A stretch of DNA of 60,444 nucleotides, the filler included, from Nitrospinae bacterium RIFCSPLOWO2_12_FULL_45_22 (GTDB taxonomy: Bacteria; 2-12-FULL-45-22), in the NCBI GenBank assembly GCA_001803565.1. It is 7 parts of 7 records of this genome, joined end to end, with 100 filler letters (N's around TTAATTAATTAA, not from the genome) between each part and the next. Parts side by side here need not be neighbours in the genome. Positions count along the whole stretch, not along the records: positions 48,609 to 60,444 come from MHDQ01000111.1; 6 more parts are not named here. One strand, given 5' to 3'. Positions 51,231 through 60,063 of this stretch are shown piece after piece. A program made the translations under genes and the position numbers. The stretch's first letter is position 1, and each line of letters opens with the position of its first letter. The notes beneath the pieces were generated by a model. The model was not told the DNA's origin and made no database searches. It was given only the letters and a program-made list of their open reading frames with translations.

Positions 51231-51620
51231 ATGATTAAAAAATTATTTTGCAGTCTAATTAGTATTTCGTTTTTCTCTACTTTTTGTACAGGCTGTGCCA
51301 CTGTTGTTCATGGAAGCCGACAGAGTATTAGCATTAATTCAAGCCCGTCCAGTGCCACTGTTACAGTTAATGGGCATAAGGCATCCACCCCAACAACATT
51401 GTCCTTAAAAAGAAAGAAGGAATATATAGTTACCGTAGAAAAAGATGGGTATGAAAAAGGTCAGGCAATAATTGAGCAAAACTTTAATGGATGGTCGGCT
51501 ATACTTGGCAATATAATATGGTTGGTACCCGGATTGATTATAGACTATGCGGTGGGCGGCATGTGGACCCTATCTCCAGAAAATGTTACCGTAACTCTTC
51601 AAAAGAAAGGGGAGGACTAA
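51231..51620 (+). CDS. PEGA-domain lipoprotein
   Basis: Lipobox-like TGCAT, ISINSSPSSATVTVNG..TP, EKDGY. Confidence 0.8.
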   Translation: MIKKLFCSLISISFFSTFCTGCATVVHGSRQSISINSSPSSATVTVNGHKASTPTTLSLKRKKEYIVTVEKDGYEKGQAIIEQNFNGWSAILGNIIWLVPGLIIDYAVGGMWTLSPENVTVTLQKKGED

Positions 51621-51778
51621 TCCAAATCTTGACTAGAGAATAAAATTTATTATCCACAGATTGCACAGATTTACCCATCTGAGGAGGGGGGACTTTATCC
51701 CCCCTCTAAGGGTGACAAAAGTCGCTCTTACCTGAGTGTCGTTATTTCTCTTAAAAATAGCTCCTTTCTTATGCTATC

Positions 51779-51847
51779 ACAGATGCCTCGGGCGCATACC
51801 AACTTGCTTTAGCTCCGGGTACCTATGACCTCTGGGTCGAACCACCC
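51779..51847 (+). pseudogene. Fragment of a carboxypeptidase-regulatory-like beta-sandwich domain
   Basis: TDASGAYQLALAPGTYDLWVEPP without a start codon. Confidence 0.45.
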
Positions 51848-51986
51848 ACCTCTGTTTCGGAATCAACTATTAGGGCCCAAAAGGGCTTCCCTTGGGAGAA
51901 AAGAAATTATGCTAAAGACTTTTGTCAGAGATCGTATAAAGCAAAATATTGGTGCCCTAAATATCAAGAGGTAAGGAGATTGTCTT

Positions 51987-52163
51987 ATGAGGGCATTTAC
52001 TTGGCCTCTTTTAATAATAATCATCCTATTTGGAATACTGGCTACTGGCTGGTCAGGGGACCAGCCTACCCTGGTGACTATTCATGGGCGGCAGCTCATG
52101 GTAAAGGGAGCTTCATCTGCTATCAAAATGTCCTTACAACCTATTGAGGCTAATATCCCATGA
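51987..52163 (+). pseudogene. Short secreted-protein ORF, probably a truncated 5' remnant
   Basis: TAAGGAG RBS, signal peptide MRAFTWPLLIIIILFGILATGWS, VTIHGRQLMVKG, stop after 58 aa. Confidence 0.4.
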
Positions 52164-52480
52164 TGAATTCGGTCTGGCGGAAATTTTTCTGGCAAGATAC
52201 ATAAGTTTCTTAAAATTTCCTTAATCTCTTTAGGAACGACATCGTATGTCTGAACTCTCGACAAAATCTTGCACATCAATTTATGTATCGTGCTGGAAGC
52301 CAGACCTAGAGGTGATTTGGAGTATTTTTTAACCCATGTATCCCATTAGGGAAATTTGGAATTGAACAAGATTTATGATTGAAAAGTTCTATCGGGTAGA
52401 TATTTCAGTCGCAAATCTGGTAAAATGGATTTATTGATCTCCTAGATTTTAAAAATATACATAACAGGGGGTAATAAATA

Positions 52481-55400
52481 ATGAAAAGGGAGAAAATATC
52501 TTTCTGGATATTTCCTTTTATTGCCTTGGCATTGGCTTTCTTTGGTGTGAAAGCTGACAGTTATATTTCTGCGAATTTTTCGGAAGACGACCCATCTCTT
52601 TTTAAAGCCGCTGAATCGGACTGGAATGCTCAGCAGTGGGATAAAGCTTTAAGCAATTACAAAAAGCTGATTGAAAGATCCCCAGATAGTCCTTATGCTG
52701 CCAAATCTTATATCAGGCAAGGCATGTATTTCAAATACCAAAAAGAATGGAGCAAAGCCATCGCCGAGTATGAAAAAGCCGTAAGGGGATTCCCGGGGAC
52801 TCGTGATGCCCAGGATGCTAAGACTGCTATTGCTGCCGTTTACTACTTTCGAGAAGAATTTCCCCAGGCCCTTTCTCTATTCCATGAAGTGCTTCAGGAG
52901 ACTTCTGATTGGGACCAGATCAAATACTGTTCATATTGGATAAGAGAGATTAAACGAAGAATGACCTTTGAAGATAAAAAATGTTCCAAATGTGGCCCGG
53001 CCGCGCTTAATGAAGTATTCAGGTTATCTGATATGCAAGTTTCTTTGGATGAGATATCCAATATGATACCGGCTAAAAAGGACAGGATATCTATGCAGGA
53101 TTTAAAAAAGGTAGCTGAGAAAAAAGGCTTAAAGGCCATAGGAGTTAATCTAACCTTGACTCAACTGCTGGAGGTAGATAAGCCCGTAATTGCCTTTCTC
53201 AAATATAACCATTACGTCGTTGTTACCAGATATCAGTCCGGCAGAATTACCTTTATCGATCCAGGAGAAAGAAATGCGGTTAAATTCCTAGCTGAAAAGG
53301 ATTTTAATAACCTTTGGAGTGGTGACACCTTAGTTTTTTCGCCTCTCAAGCCAAAAGCTGCGCTTAGGTTTCTCAGTGAGAAAGAGATGGAGAGGATCCG
53401 AGGGGCAGTCTGTTGGTGTTGTCCACCCTCAGGTTTAGGGGATCGTCGGGATAATCGAAACGTGGAGTATGATACTACCAGTTGTCAACTTAGCGGGAGT
53501 TCGGCACAACAAGGGATGCCAATCCTGATGGTAAATACTGTCAATCTTAATATGTTGGTGCAGGATACTGATTTGGTTTACTCGGGCCGAGGGCCAACCA
53601 TTGAGATAAGGAGAACTTATAACGCTGATGATCCGAGGGATGGCCCCTTTGGTCGAAGCTGGACCTTTAACTACAATCTTACTTTAACGGAAAATCCGGA
53701 TAAGAGTATCGATATAAGAATAGAATCTGGGAAGATCGACCACTTTATTTATACTGATCAAGGAAGCTATATCGCTCCTGAAGGGGTATATGATACCTTA
53801 GCGAAAAACACTGATGGTACTTATTCCCTCAAGATTAAAGAAGATAAGACTATCCAAAATTTTAGCGCCGATGGGAGGCTTATTAGTATTGCTGACCGTA
53901 ATGGAAATACTATTACCTTTCAATACGATGATGGTGGCCGACTGATTTCTGTGATTGATCCTGTTAGCAGAAAAACTACTTTTACTTATGGCTCTAATGG
54001 CAAAATAACTACCTTAACAGATCCTCTTGGTAGAACTGTAATCTATAATTATGACCAGAATGACAACTTAATCAGAGTTATAGATATGGCTGGAACTCAG
54101 GTAGGTTTCACTTACGATGAGAATAGCTATATGACAGCAATAACCACTCCCAAGGGGACCACGACTATCGCATACGAGAGGTCTTCCGACGGTTATGCCA
54201 TCAAATCTATAACCGATCCTTTAAGTTATACAAAAAATTACGATACCCGTGAGAGCCACACTCAGGTGAGAATAATTGATCCTGGAGGTAATCCGACTGT
54301 TTATAACAACAATTATGAAGGTCTAACAGAAAGTATTATTGATGCCCTGGGCAATAAAACTAGTTTTCAATACGATTCCTTGAGCAACCGGACCAAAATT
54401 GTTGATGCTGGCCAACGCACAACTACCCTCAGTTACGATACCCGCGGCAACGTAACGAAGATAACAGACCCTTTGGGAAACAAGGTAGAGTTTAGCTATG
54501 ATACCCATGATAATCTCACTCAGATGATAGAGCCCTCAGGAAATGCCTATCTTTATAAATACGATGCAAAAGATAATCCAGTAGAGATAACCGATCCCGA
54601 GGGCGAGAAGACTATCTTTGGCTATGATACATTTGGTCAGTTGGCCAGCTTAACCGATGCTAAAGGGAATACTACTGCCTTTGCCTATGATGATCAGGGT
54701 AATCTTATTAGTATGAGAGATGCCTTGGGTAATACCTGGTCTTATGCCTATGACGCGGTAGGTAGGTTGACTTCTCGTACGGATGCAAAAGGAAATACCA
54801 CCTATTACAATTATGATGGTATTAATAGACTAACTAAAATTATTTACCCTGATGGAAGCACCACCCAATACACTTACGAATGCTGTAATTTAACCAGTAT
54901 TACAGACCAGAATGGAACCTCTACCTTTGAATACGATCAGGTGAACAGACCGATCCGTTTCACCAATACTGATAATAATACTATAGAATATGGCTATGAT
55001 GCAGTAGGTAACCTTATTTCCCTCACCTATCCTGATGGTAAAGTGGTGCACTATGAGTATGACGAGGTTAATCGCTTGAGAAAGGTGACCGATTGGCTTA
55101 ATAATATCGCGATCTATGGTTATAATGCTGTGGGTAACCTCATGTATAGCTATACTCCCAACGGGCCGATTGTTGCCTACCAATACGATAAGGCCAATAG
55201 ATTAATATCTTTAATTAATGCAAAATCAGATGGCTCAATAGTCTCCAGCTATAATTACACCTTAGATAGCCTGGGAAACAGGTTAGATATTTCTCTTTAC
55301 GAACCCCTTGCCCCAACGCTTACACCAACTAGTATGAGTTATACGTATGACCTGGACAATCGGATTGTCTCAGCTAATGGAAAAAGCTTCATTCACGATG

Positions 55401-56269
55401 CTAATGGGAATTTAATAGGGGTGGATAATAAGACCACATATACCTATGACTTCAGAGATATGCTTATCCAAGCTTCATCCGATGGCTATAACATACAATA
55501 TAAATATGATAGCCTGGGGAACAGGATAGCCAGAACCGAAAATGGGGCTACCACCAGGTACATAGTAGATCCGAATCGGCTATTATCTCATGTGCTGGCT
55601 GAAACCGATGACCAAGGCAATATAACTAGCTATTATGTGTATGGCTTAGGCCTTATATCAAAGATAACCCCTGGCGGGAAAGCTTACTTTTACTATTATG
55701 ACGGGTTAGGGAGTACCGTTGCCATAAGCGACTTCACTGGGAACTTAGTGAATAAATATTCCTACAACCCATTTGGAAAGGTTACAAACAGTGAAGAGGC
55801 CATCTCTAACCCATTCAAATATGTTGGGAGATATGGGGTGATGGATGAGGGTAATGGACTGCTGTATATGCGAGCAAGGTATTATGACCCTGAGGTGGGA
55901 AGGTTTATAAATAAAGACCCGATTGGGTTGTTGGGTGGGTTAAATATGTATGCGTATGTGGGGAATAATCCCGTTAATAATGTTGACGCAAATGGTCAGC
56001 AAGTATTAGAAACAGCTGTCGCTGTGATAATTACCACAGCCATAGTAACATATGCTGCTTACAGTGTTGCCAAAGCTTATTACAAAGCTGTTAGAACCAT
56101 GTTTAGTAATCTAGGTAATCTCAATAAAGTTAATGAGGCCGCGTTGGATTTAGAGAAAGATCTTTTTATATCCCAGTTCTCGCCAGGAATAGACAAATTG
56201 CTTGATGAATTGATTAAAAGGAGTCCAGAGTATAGAGAATACAAGAAGAAAATACAGGAATGTCCTTAA
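52481..56269 (+). CDS. Secreted TPR + C39 peptidase + DUF6531 + RHS/YD-repeat protein
   Basis: Signal peptide; BamD-like TPRs; CGPAAL/NHYVVV/FIDP; RTYN..GPFGRSW; many YD repeats; RARYYDPEVGRF..DPIG..NPVNNVDANG core. Confidence 0.92.
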   Translation: MKREKISFWIFPFIALALAFFGVKADSYISANFSEDDPSLFKAAESDWNAQQWDKALSNYKKLIERSPDSPYAAKSYIRQGMYFKYQKEWSKAIAEYEKAVRGFPGTRDAQDAKTAIAAVYYFREEFPQALSLFHEVLQETSDWDQIKYCSYWIREIKRRMTFEDKKCSKCGPAALNEVFRLSDMQVSLDEISNMIPAKKDRISMQDLKKVAEKKGLKAIGVNLTLTQLLEVDKPVIAFLKYNHYVVVTRYQSGRITFIDPGERNAVKFLAEKDFNNLWSGDTLVFSPLKPKAALRFLSEKEMERIRGAVCWCCPPSGLGDRRDNRNVEYDTTSCQLSGSSAQQGMPILMVNTVNLNMLVQDTDLVYSGRGPTIEIRRTYNADDPRDGPFGRSWTFNYNLTLTENPDKSIDIRIESGKIDHFIYTDQGSYIAPEGVYDTLAKNTDGTYSLKIKEDKTIQNFSADGRLISIADRNGNTITFQYDDGGRLISVIDPVSRKTTFTYGSNGKITTLTDPLGRTVIYNYDQNDNLIRVIDMAGTQVGFTYDENSYMTAITTPKGTTTIAYERSSDGYAIKSITDPLSYTKNYDTRESHTQVRIIDPGGNPTVYNNNYEGLTESIIDALGNKTSFQYDSLSNRTKIVDAGQRTTTLSYDTRGNVTKITDPLGNKVEFSYDTHDNLTQMIEPSGNAYLYKYDAKDNPVEITDPEGEKTIFGYDTFGQLASLTDAKGNTTAFAYDDQGNLISMRDALGNTWSYAYDAVGRLTSRTDAKGNTTYYNYDGINRLTKIIYPDGSTTQYTYECCNLTSITDQNGTSTFEYDQVNRPIRFTNTDNNTIEYGYDAVGNLISLTYPDGKVVHYEYDEVNRLRKVTDWLNNIAIYGYNAVGNLMYSYTPNGPIVAYQYDKANRLISLINAKSDGSIVSSYNYTLDSLGNRLDISLYEPLAPTLTPTSMSYTYDLDNRIVSANGKSFIHDANGNLIGVDNKTTYTYDFRDMLIQASSDGYNIQYKYDSLGNRIARTENGATTRYIVDPNRLLSHVLAETDDQGNITSYYVYGLGLISKITPGGKAYFYYYDGLGSTVAISDFTGNLVNKYSYNPFGKVTNSEEAISNPFKYVGRYGVMDEGNGLLYMRARYYDPEVGRFINKDPIGLLGGLNMYAYVGNNPVNNVDANGQQVLETAVAVIITTAIVTYAAYSVAKAYYKAVRTMFSNLGNLNKVNEAALDLEKDLFISQFSPGIDKLLDELIKRSPEYREYKKKIQECP

Positions 56270-56423
56270 GGAATGAAAGAAGGGGTCGTCTATACAAGAT
56301 ACATTAGAAAAGGCTAAACCTTTGATATTAATAAAAAGGCAGATATGCAAAGTGACAAATTATTTAAAGATGAAGAGGTGTCAAAAACGAAGGGATGAGA
56401 AGTGATAATAAAATCTAAATTAT

Positions 56424-56577
56424 GCATATGCACTTGACTCCGGTTGGATTTGTATCTTATTGATATAATTGATAATTTTCCATACATGGTTATTTGCAGT
56501 TTACCTCTCGTAAATGCAGTATTTTTACTAAGTTACGTTGTTTTTGTAAGATATTTGCCGGAGACAAGTGCATATGC
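56424..56577. mobile_element. 154-bp MITE
   Basis: TIR GCATATGCACTTG(A/T)CTCCGG (19/20); flanking direct repeat AAAATCTAAATTAT at 56410-56423 and 56578-56591. Confidence 0.9.
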
Positions 56578-56589
56578 AAAATCTAAATT

Positions 56590-56874
56590 ATGGTTCATAT
56601 TCTGCCTTATTTCATGGGCAATGAAAGATGGTACCATATAATTGAAAACCACGATGATTTAGCCAGCTATTTTTACGAGGTTCTGGAGGCAATTGAAAAA
56701 CCAGATTTTGTTATTAGAGGAAATAAAGGGACCTTAAAGGCAACAAGGAATATTGGGAAAAATAAATGGCTGGTAGTTATTTATAGAGAAGTCTCTGAGA
56801 AGGACGGATTTGTAATAACAGCCTATTTTTTAGATAAAAGACCAAAAGGAGAAGTAATATGGCAACGAGACTGA
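56590..56874 (+). CDS. Putative RelE/BrnT-like toxin, probably lacking its native N-terminus
   Basis: ERWYHIIENH..EAIEKPD..WLVVIYRE..DGFVITAYF; the first residues derive from a duplicated gene start. Confidence 0.6.
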   Translation: MVHILPYFMGNERWYHIIENHDDLASYFYEVLEAIEKPDFVIRGNKGTLKATRNIGKNKWLVVIYREVSEKDGFVITAYFLDKRPKGEVIWQRD

Positions 56875-57110
56875 GGAAAGACGATTTAATTAAAAACTGT
56901 CTTACTTTAGCATCAGACCTTTTTAAACTTCCACTTGAGCATATGTGGATTGATTATGATAGGGAAGCTGATGTTCTATATTTGAGTTTTCGGAAACCCC
57001 AAAGGGCCACAAAAACAATCGAAACTAATGATGATATCCTGATCAGAAAAGATGGCAATAAAATTGTTGGAATAACAATATTAAATGCTAGTAGGGATAG
57101 AGGAGCTTAA
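56859..57110 (+). CDS. DUF2283 antitoxin-like protein
   Basis: IDYDREADVLYLSF..DDILIR..IVGITILNAS. Confidence 0.85.
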   Translation: MATRLRKDDLIKNCLTLASDLFKLPLEHMWIDYDREADVLYLSFRKPQRATKTIETNDDILIRKDGNKIVGITILNASRDRGA

Positions 57111-57235
57111 GGTATCACCCATTAAATGCACTTTGTCCTGTTGCCAAAATAGTAATGCCTAAATCCTGTAAACTAGTAATAAGTATAGTAAAAATCAGTG
57201 TGGAAAGCGGTTTTAACGAGAATGGGTTATGAGAA

Positions 57236-59392
57236 ATGGTATTAAAATCTAAATTATGGTTCATAGTTTTTGCCTTAATTTCAGGAGTGATATTCCTATC
57301 CCCCTCTACAGTCCTTGCTCAAACGCCTATCCCCTGTGGTCAAACCCTGACAGGTTCTATCAGCACAGTAGGAGAAAAGGATGAGTACACCTTTACAGCC
57401 ACAGCAGGGGATGCGGTCACTATTAGGCTTGTTGTCACTTCAGGTGACATGAATCCACTTCTGGAGCTATATGACTCAACAGGTACAAGGATTGCTTATG
57501 ATTATGATTCTTCTGGAAACTATGTGGCTATTGATAAAGCTCTCACAACAGGTGGCCCCTATACCATTGTAGCACGTGATTATGGCAATGATGAGACAGG
57601 AAACTATAATCTCACCTGGCAGAGGCCGAATAACCCCTGCAATGCTACAAGCGTAACCTGTGGACAGACCACCTCTAGTTCCATAAGTGCCATAGGAGAG
57701 CAAGACTTCTACACCTTTACAGCCACAGCAGGGGATGCGGTCACTATTAGGCTTGTTGTCACTTCAGGTGACATGAATCCACTTCTGGAGCTATATGACT
57801 CAACAGGTACAAGGATTGCTTATGATTATGATTCTTCTGGAAACTATGTGGCTATTGATAAAGCTCTCACAACAGGTGGCCCCTATATCATTGTAGCTCG
57901 TGATTCTTACAATGATGAGACAGGAAACTATAACCTTACATGGTACAGGCTCAACAATCCTTGCAATGCCACGGCTATTTCCTGTGGGCAAGCTGTGCCA
58001 GGACCCATCAGTACTCCCGGTGAGTTAGATTTTTATACCTTCACAGCCAACGCTGGAGATGTGGTAATGATTCGTCTGGTAAGGACTTCAGGGCCTCTCT
58101 CTCCATACATGGAGTTATATGATGCGAAAGGAGAGAAGTTAGGTACCGGCAATAATAGGATTGAAAAACGTATAGAGACTAGTGGTACTTTCAGTATCAT
58201 GGTTAGTGACTCTAGTGGCAGCCGTACTGGCGGCTATGGTTTAATCTGGCAACGGCTCAATAGTCCCTGTAATGGGACATCTATTTCCTGTGGACAAATT
58301 ACATCAGGGTCAATTGATACCGCGGCAGAAATAGATCTTTATATATTTAACGCGAGTGCGGGGGATGAACTAAAAATTATCCTGGATAGCAAATCCAGCT
58401 CTTTTAGCCCATATATGGAATTATACGATGGAAATGGAACAAAGCTGGCCAGTAGTTCCAGTCAAATAGGGAAACGTTTAGATAATGGAGGTACCTTTGC
58501 CTTATTGATAAGCGAGTCCAGCGGAGTAAGGACTGGCAGCTACAGACTGAACTTGAATAGGGTTAATACTCCGTGTGCTGTCATTGATCTGGAAAAACCA
58601 ACGGTTACGGTTATAGCCCCAAATGGTGGTGAAGTAATTTTACAAGGATCTGTTTTTAAAATTAGCTGGTTGTCCGATGACAATGTCAACATTACCTCCC
58701 AGGAAATCAGATTATCAAAGGATGGTGGCGCTTCTTTCCCGACGGTTATTGCCAGTGGCTTAGCAAAAGACATTCAATCTTTTGAATGGTCAGCTCCGAA
58801 AGACTTGGATACAACAACCCAGGCACGCATTCGAGTAGTGGCCAAAGATGCAGCCGGTAATATAGGGCAGGATGACAGTAACGATAATTTTGTATTGCTC
58901 GGCTTCACCCAACCCGAATCAAGAGTTGTTCATTATGAATATGATAAACTAAATCGACTCACAAAAGTCATCTATGAAGATGGAAGTAGTATTATCTATA
59001 AGTATGATGAAATGGGTAATCGCACATCAATGGAAATAGGGCTAGAGGAAGGGATAGCCATCTACACCAATAAATCCAGCTATAAGACAGGTGATACTCT
59101 AACCCTTTCTATTAGTATATATAATACTGGTGCTAGCTATATAGCCGATGAGTTCTTAGGGTTCTTGCTTCCTGATGGGAGTTTACTCTTTTTTGATCAG
59201 TCGCTTAATAAAGAGATATCTTCTGGATATAAACTGCCACCAACTCCATTCTTTTCCGTGACCCTCCCAGCATCAATGCCCCCTGGCACCTATGCTGCCT
59301 TTGCGGTGCTAGCAGTGCCAGGTTCTGTCCAAGCCGGCAAACCCCAATTGATCGGAGATATCAGCCTCGCTTATTTCACTTTTAATCCTTAA
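57236..59392 (+). CDS. Secreted protein: 4 PPC-like repeats, Ig-like domain, isolated YD segment, C-terminal beta domain
   Basis: Signal peptide VLA-Q; repeats CGQ..GEKDEYTFTATAGD..P.LELYD..G.Y.L; PTVTVIAPNGGE; YEYDKLNRL..YKYDEMGNRT. Confidence 0.85.
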   Translation: MVLKSKLWFIVFALISGVIFLSPSTVLAQTPIPCGQTLTGSISTVGEKDEYTFTATAGDAVTIRLVVTSGDMNPLLELYDSTGTRIAYDYDSSGNYVAIDKALTTGGPYTIVARDYGNDETGNYNLTWQRPNNPCNATSVTCGQTTSSSISAIGEQDFYTFTATAGDAVTIRLVVTSGDMNPLLELYDSTGTRIAYDYDSSGNYVAIDKALTTGGPYIIVARDSYNDETGNYNLTWYRLNNPCNATAISCGQAVPGPISTPGELDFYTFTANAGDVVMIRLVRTSGPLSPYMELYDAKGEKLGTGNNRIEKRIETSGTFSIMVSDSSGSRTGGYGLIWQRLNSPCNGTSISCGQITSGSIDTAAEIDLYIFNASAGDELKIILDSKSSSFSPYMELYDGNGTKLASSSSQIGKRLDNGGTFALLISESSGVRTGSYRLNLNRVNTPCAVIDLEKPTVTVIAPNGGEVILQGSVFKISWLSDDNVNITSQEIRLSKDGGASFPTVIASGLAKDIQSFEWSAPKDLDTTTQARIRVVAKDAAGNIGQDDSNDNFVLLGFTQPESRVVHYEYDKLNRLTKVIYEDGSSIIYKYDEMGNRTSMEIGLEEGIAIYTNKSSYKTGDTLTLSISIYNTGASYIADEFLGFLLPDGSLLFFDQSLNKEISSGYKLPPTPFFSVTLPASMPPGTYAAFAVLAVPGSVQAGKPQLIGDISLAYFTFNP
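57386..57887 (+). repeat. Intragenic direct repeat, 324-bp period
   Basis: 57386-57563 appears identical to 57710-57887 by eye. Confidence 0.9.
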
Positions 59393-59734
59393 TTAACCCT
59401 GGAAACATATAGAAGGGTTAAAACAGGGATGATAATGGAATGGGGTAATTTCGAAAGTTTTACAAATTTTATAAAAGATAAGGGTTAGTCATTGTCATCC
59501 TAGCCGAACCTGGCTCACCCAGAATAATCGGCGAAGTAAGCCTGGCCTATATCACATTCAGGAAGTAAATATAAAGTGCCTATGATAAAGATTGAAATAC
59601 ATTTTGCGTCAAATAAGAGTAGAGAAAATAGCGCTTGTTCCTCTTGCCTATAACCCATCTAAGGTGTTAATTTTAAACCGGGAGGATAGAACAGAAAAGG
59701 AAATATATATAGCCCCTTGGAAGACTAGCTGGAG

Positions 59735-59983
59735 GTGATAATAATGGAGACAACAAAGATCAATAAGGATGGGTCCTTAACCTTACCTAAAGGGTTGCTC
59801 AAACTATTTCCTGTCCCATACAAGTTAGCCGTCTGGTTGGATAAAGATACTATTATTTTAAAGCGGATAATCCCTTTAAAGGCTTCTGAATTTGCCCAGC
59901 GGCTTCCTGAGCCAGAGATGTCTTTAGAAAAGATTGCTGAAGAAGTTCATAAGATGGGGAAGGGAAGGAAGGAAGATGCCTGA
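59735..59983 (+). CDS. AbrB/MazE-family antitoxin
   Basis: TKINKDGSLTLPK..DTIILKRI..MSLEKIAEEVH. Confidence 0.75.
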   Translation: MIIMETTKINKDGSLTLPKGLLKLFPVPYKLAVWLDKDTIILKRIIPLKASEFAQRLPEPEMSLEKIAEEVHKMGKGRKEDA

Positions 59984-60017
59984 AGTCAGGATAGTGGTTG
60001 ATATAGAGGCTAAATAG
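59976..60017 (+). pseudogene. Possible PIN-toxin 5' stub
   Basis: Overlapping ATG, MPEVRIVVD, then stop after 13 aa. Confidence 0.4.
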
Positions 60018-60063
60018 AAAATAATCACGTTCCCATTTCGTTACTGGGGCATGAATTACTATT

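Noticed and set aside
56444-56641. 65-aa hydrophobic ORF as the RHS immunity protein
   Set aside because: Mostly MITE sequence joined to a duplicated signal-peptide remnant
57386-57887. Near-identical repeat pair as a DGR template/variable region or CRISPR-like array
   Set aside because: In-frame domain duplication, with no adenine-specific mismatches, reverse transcriptase or spacers
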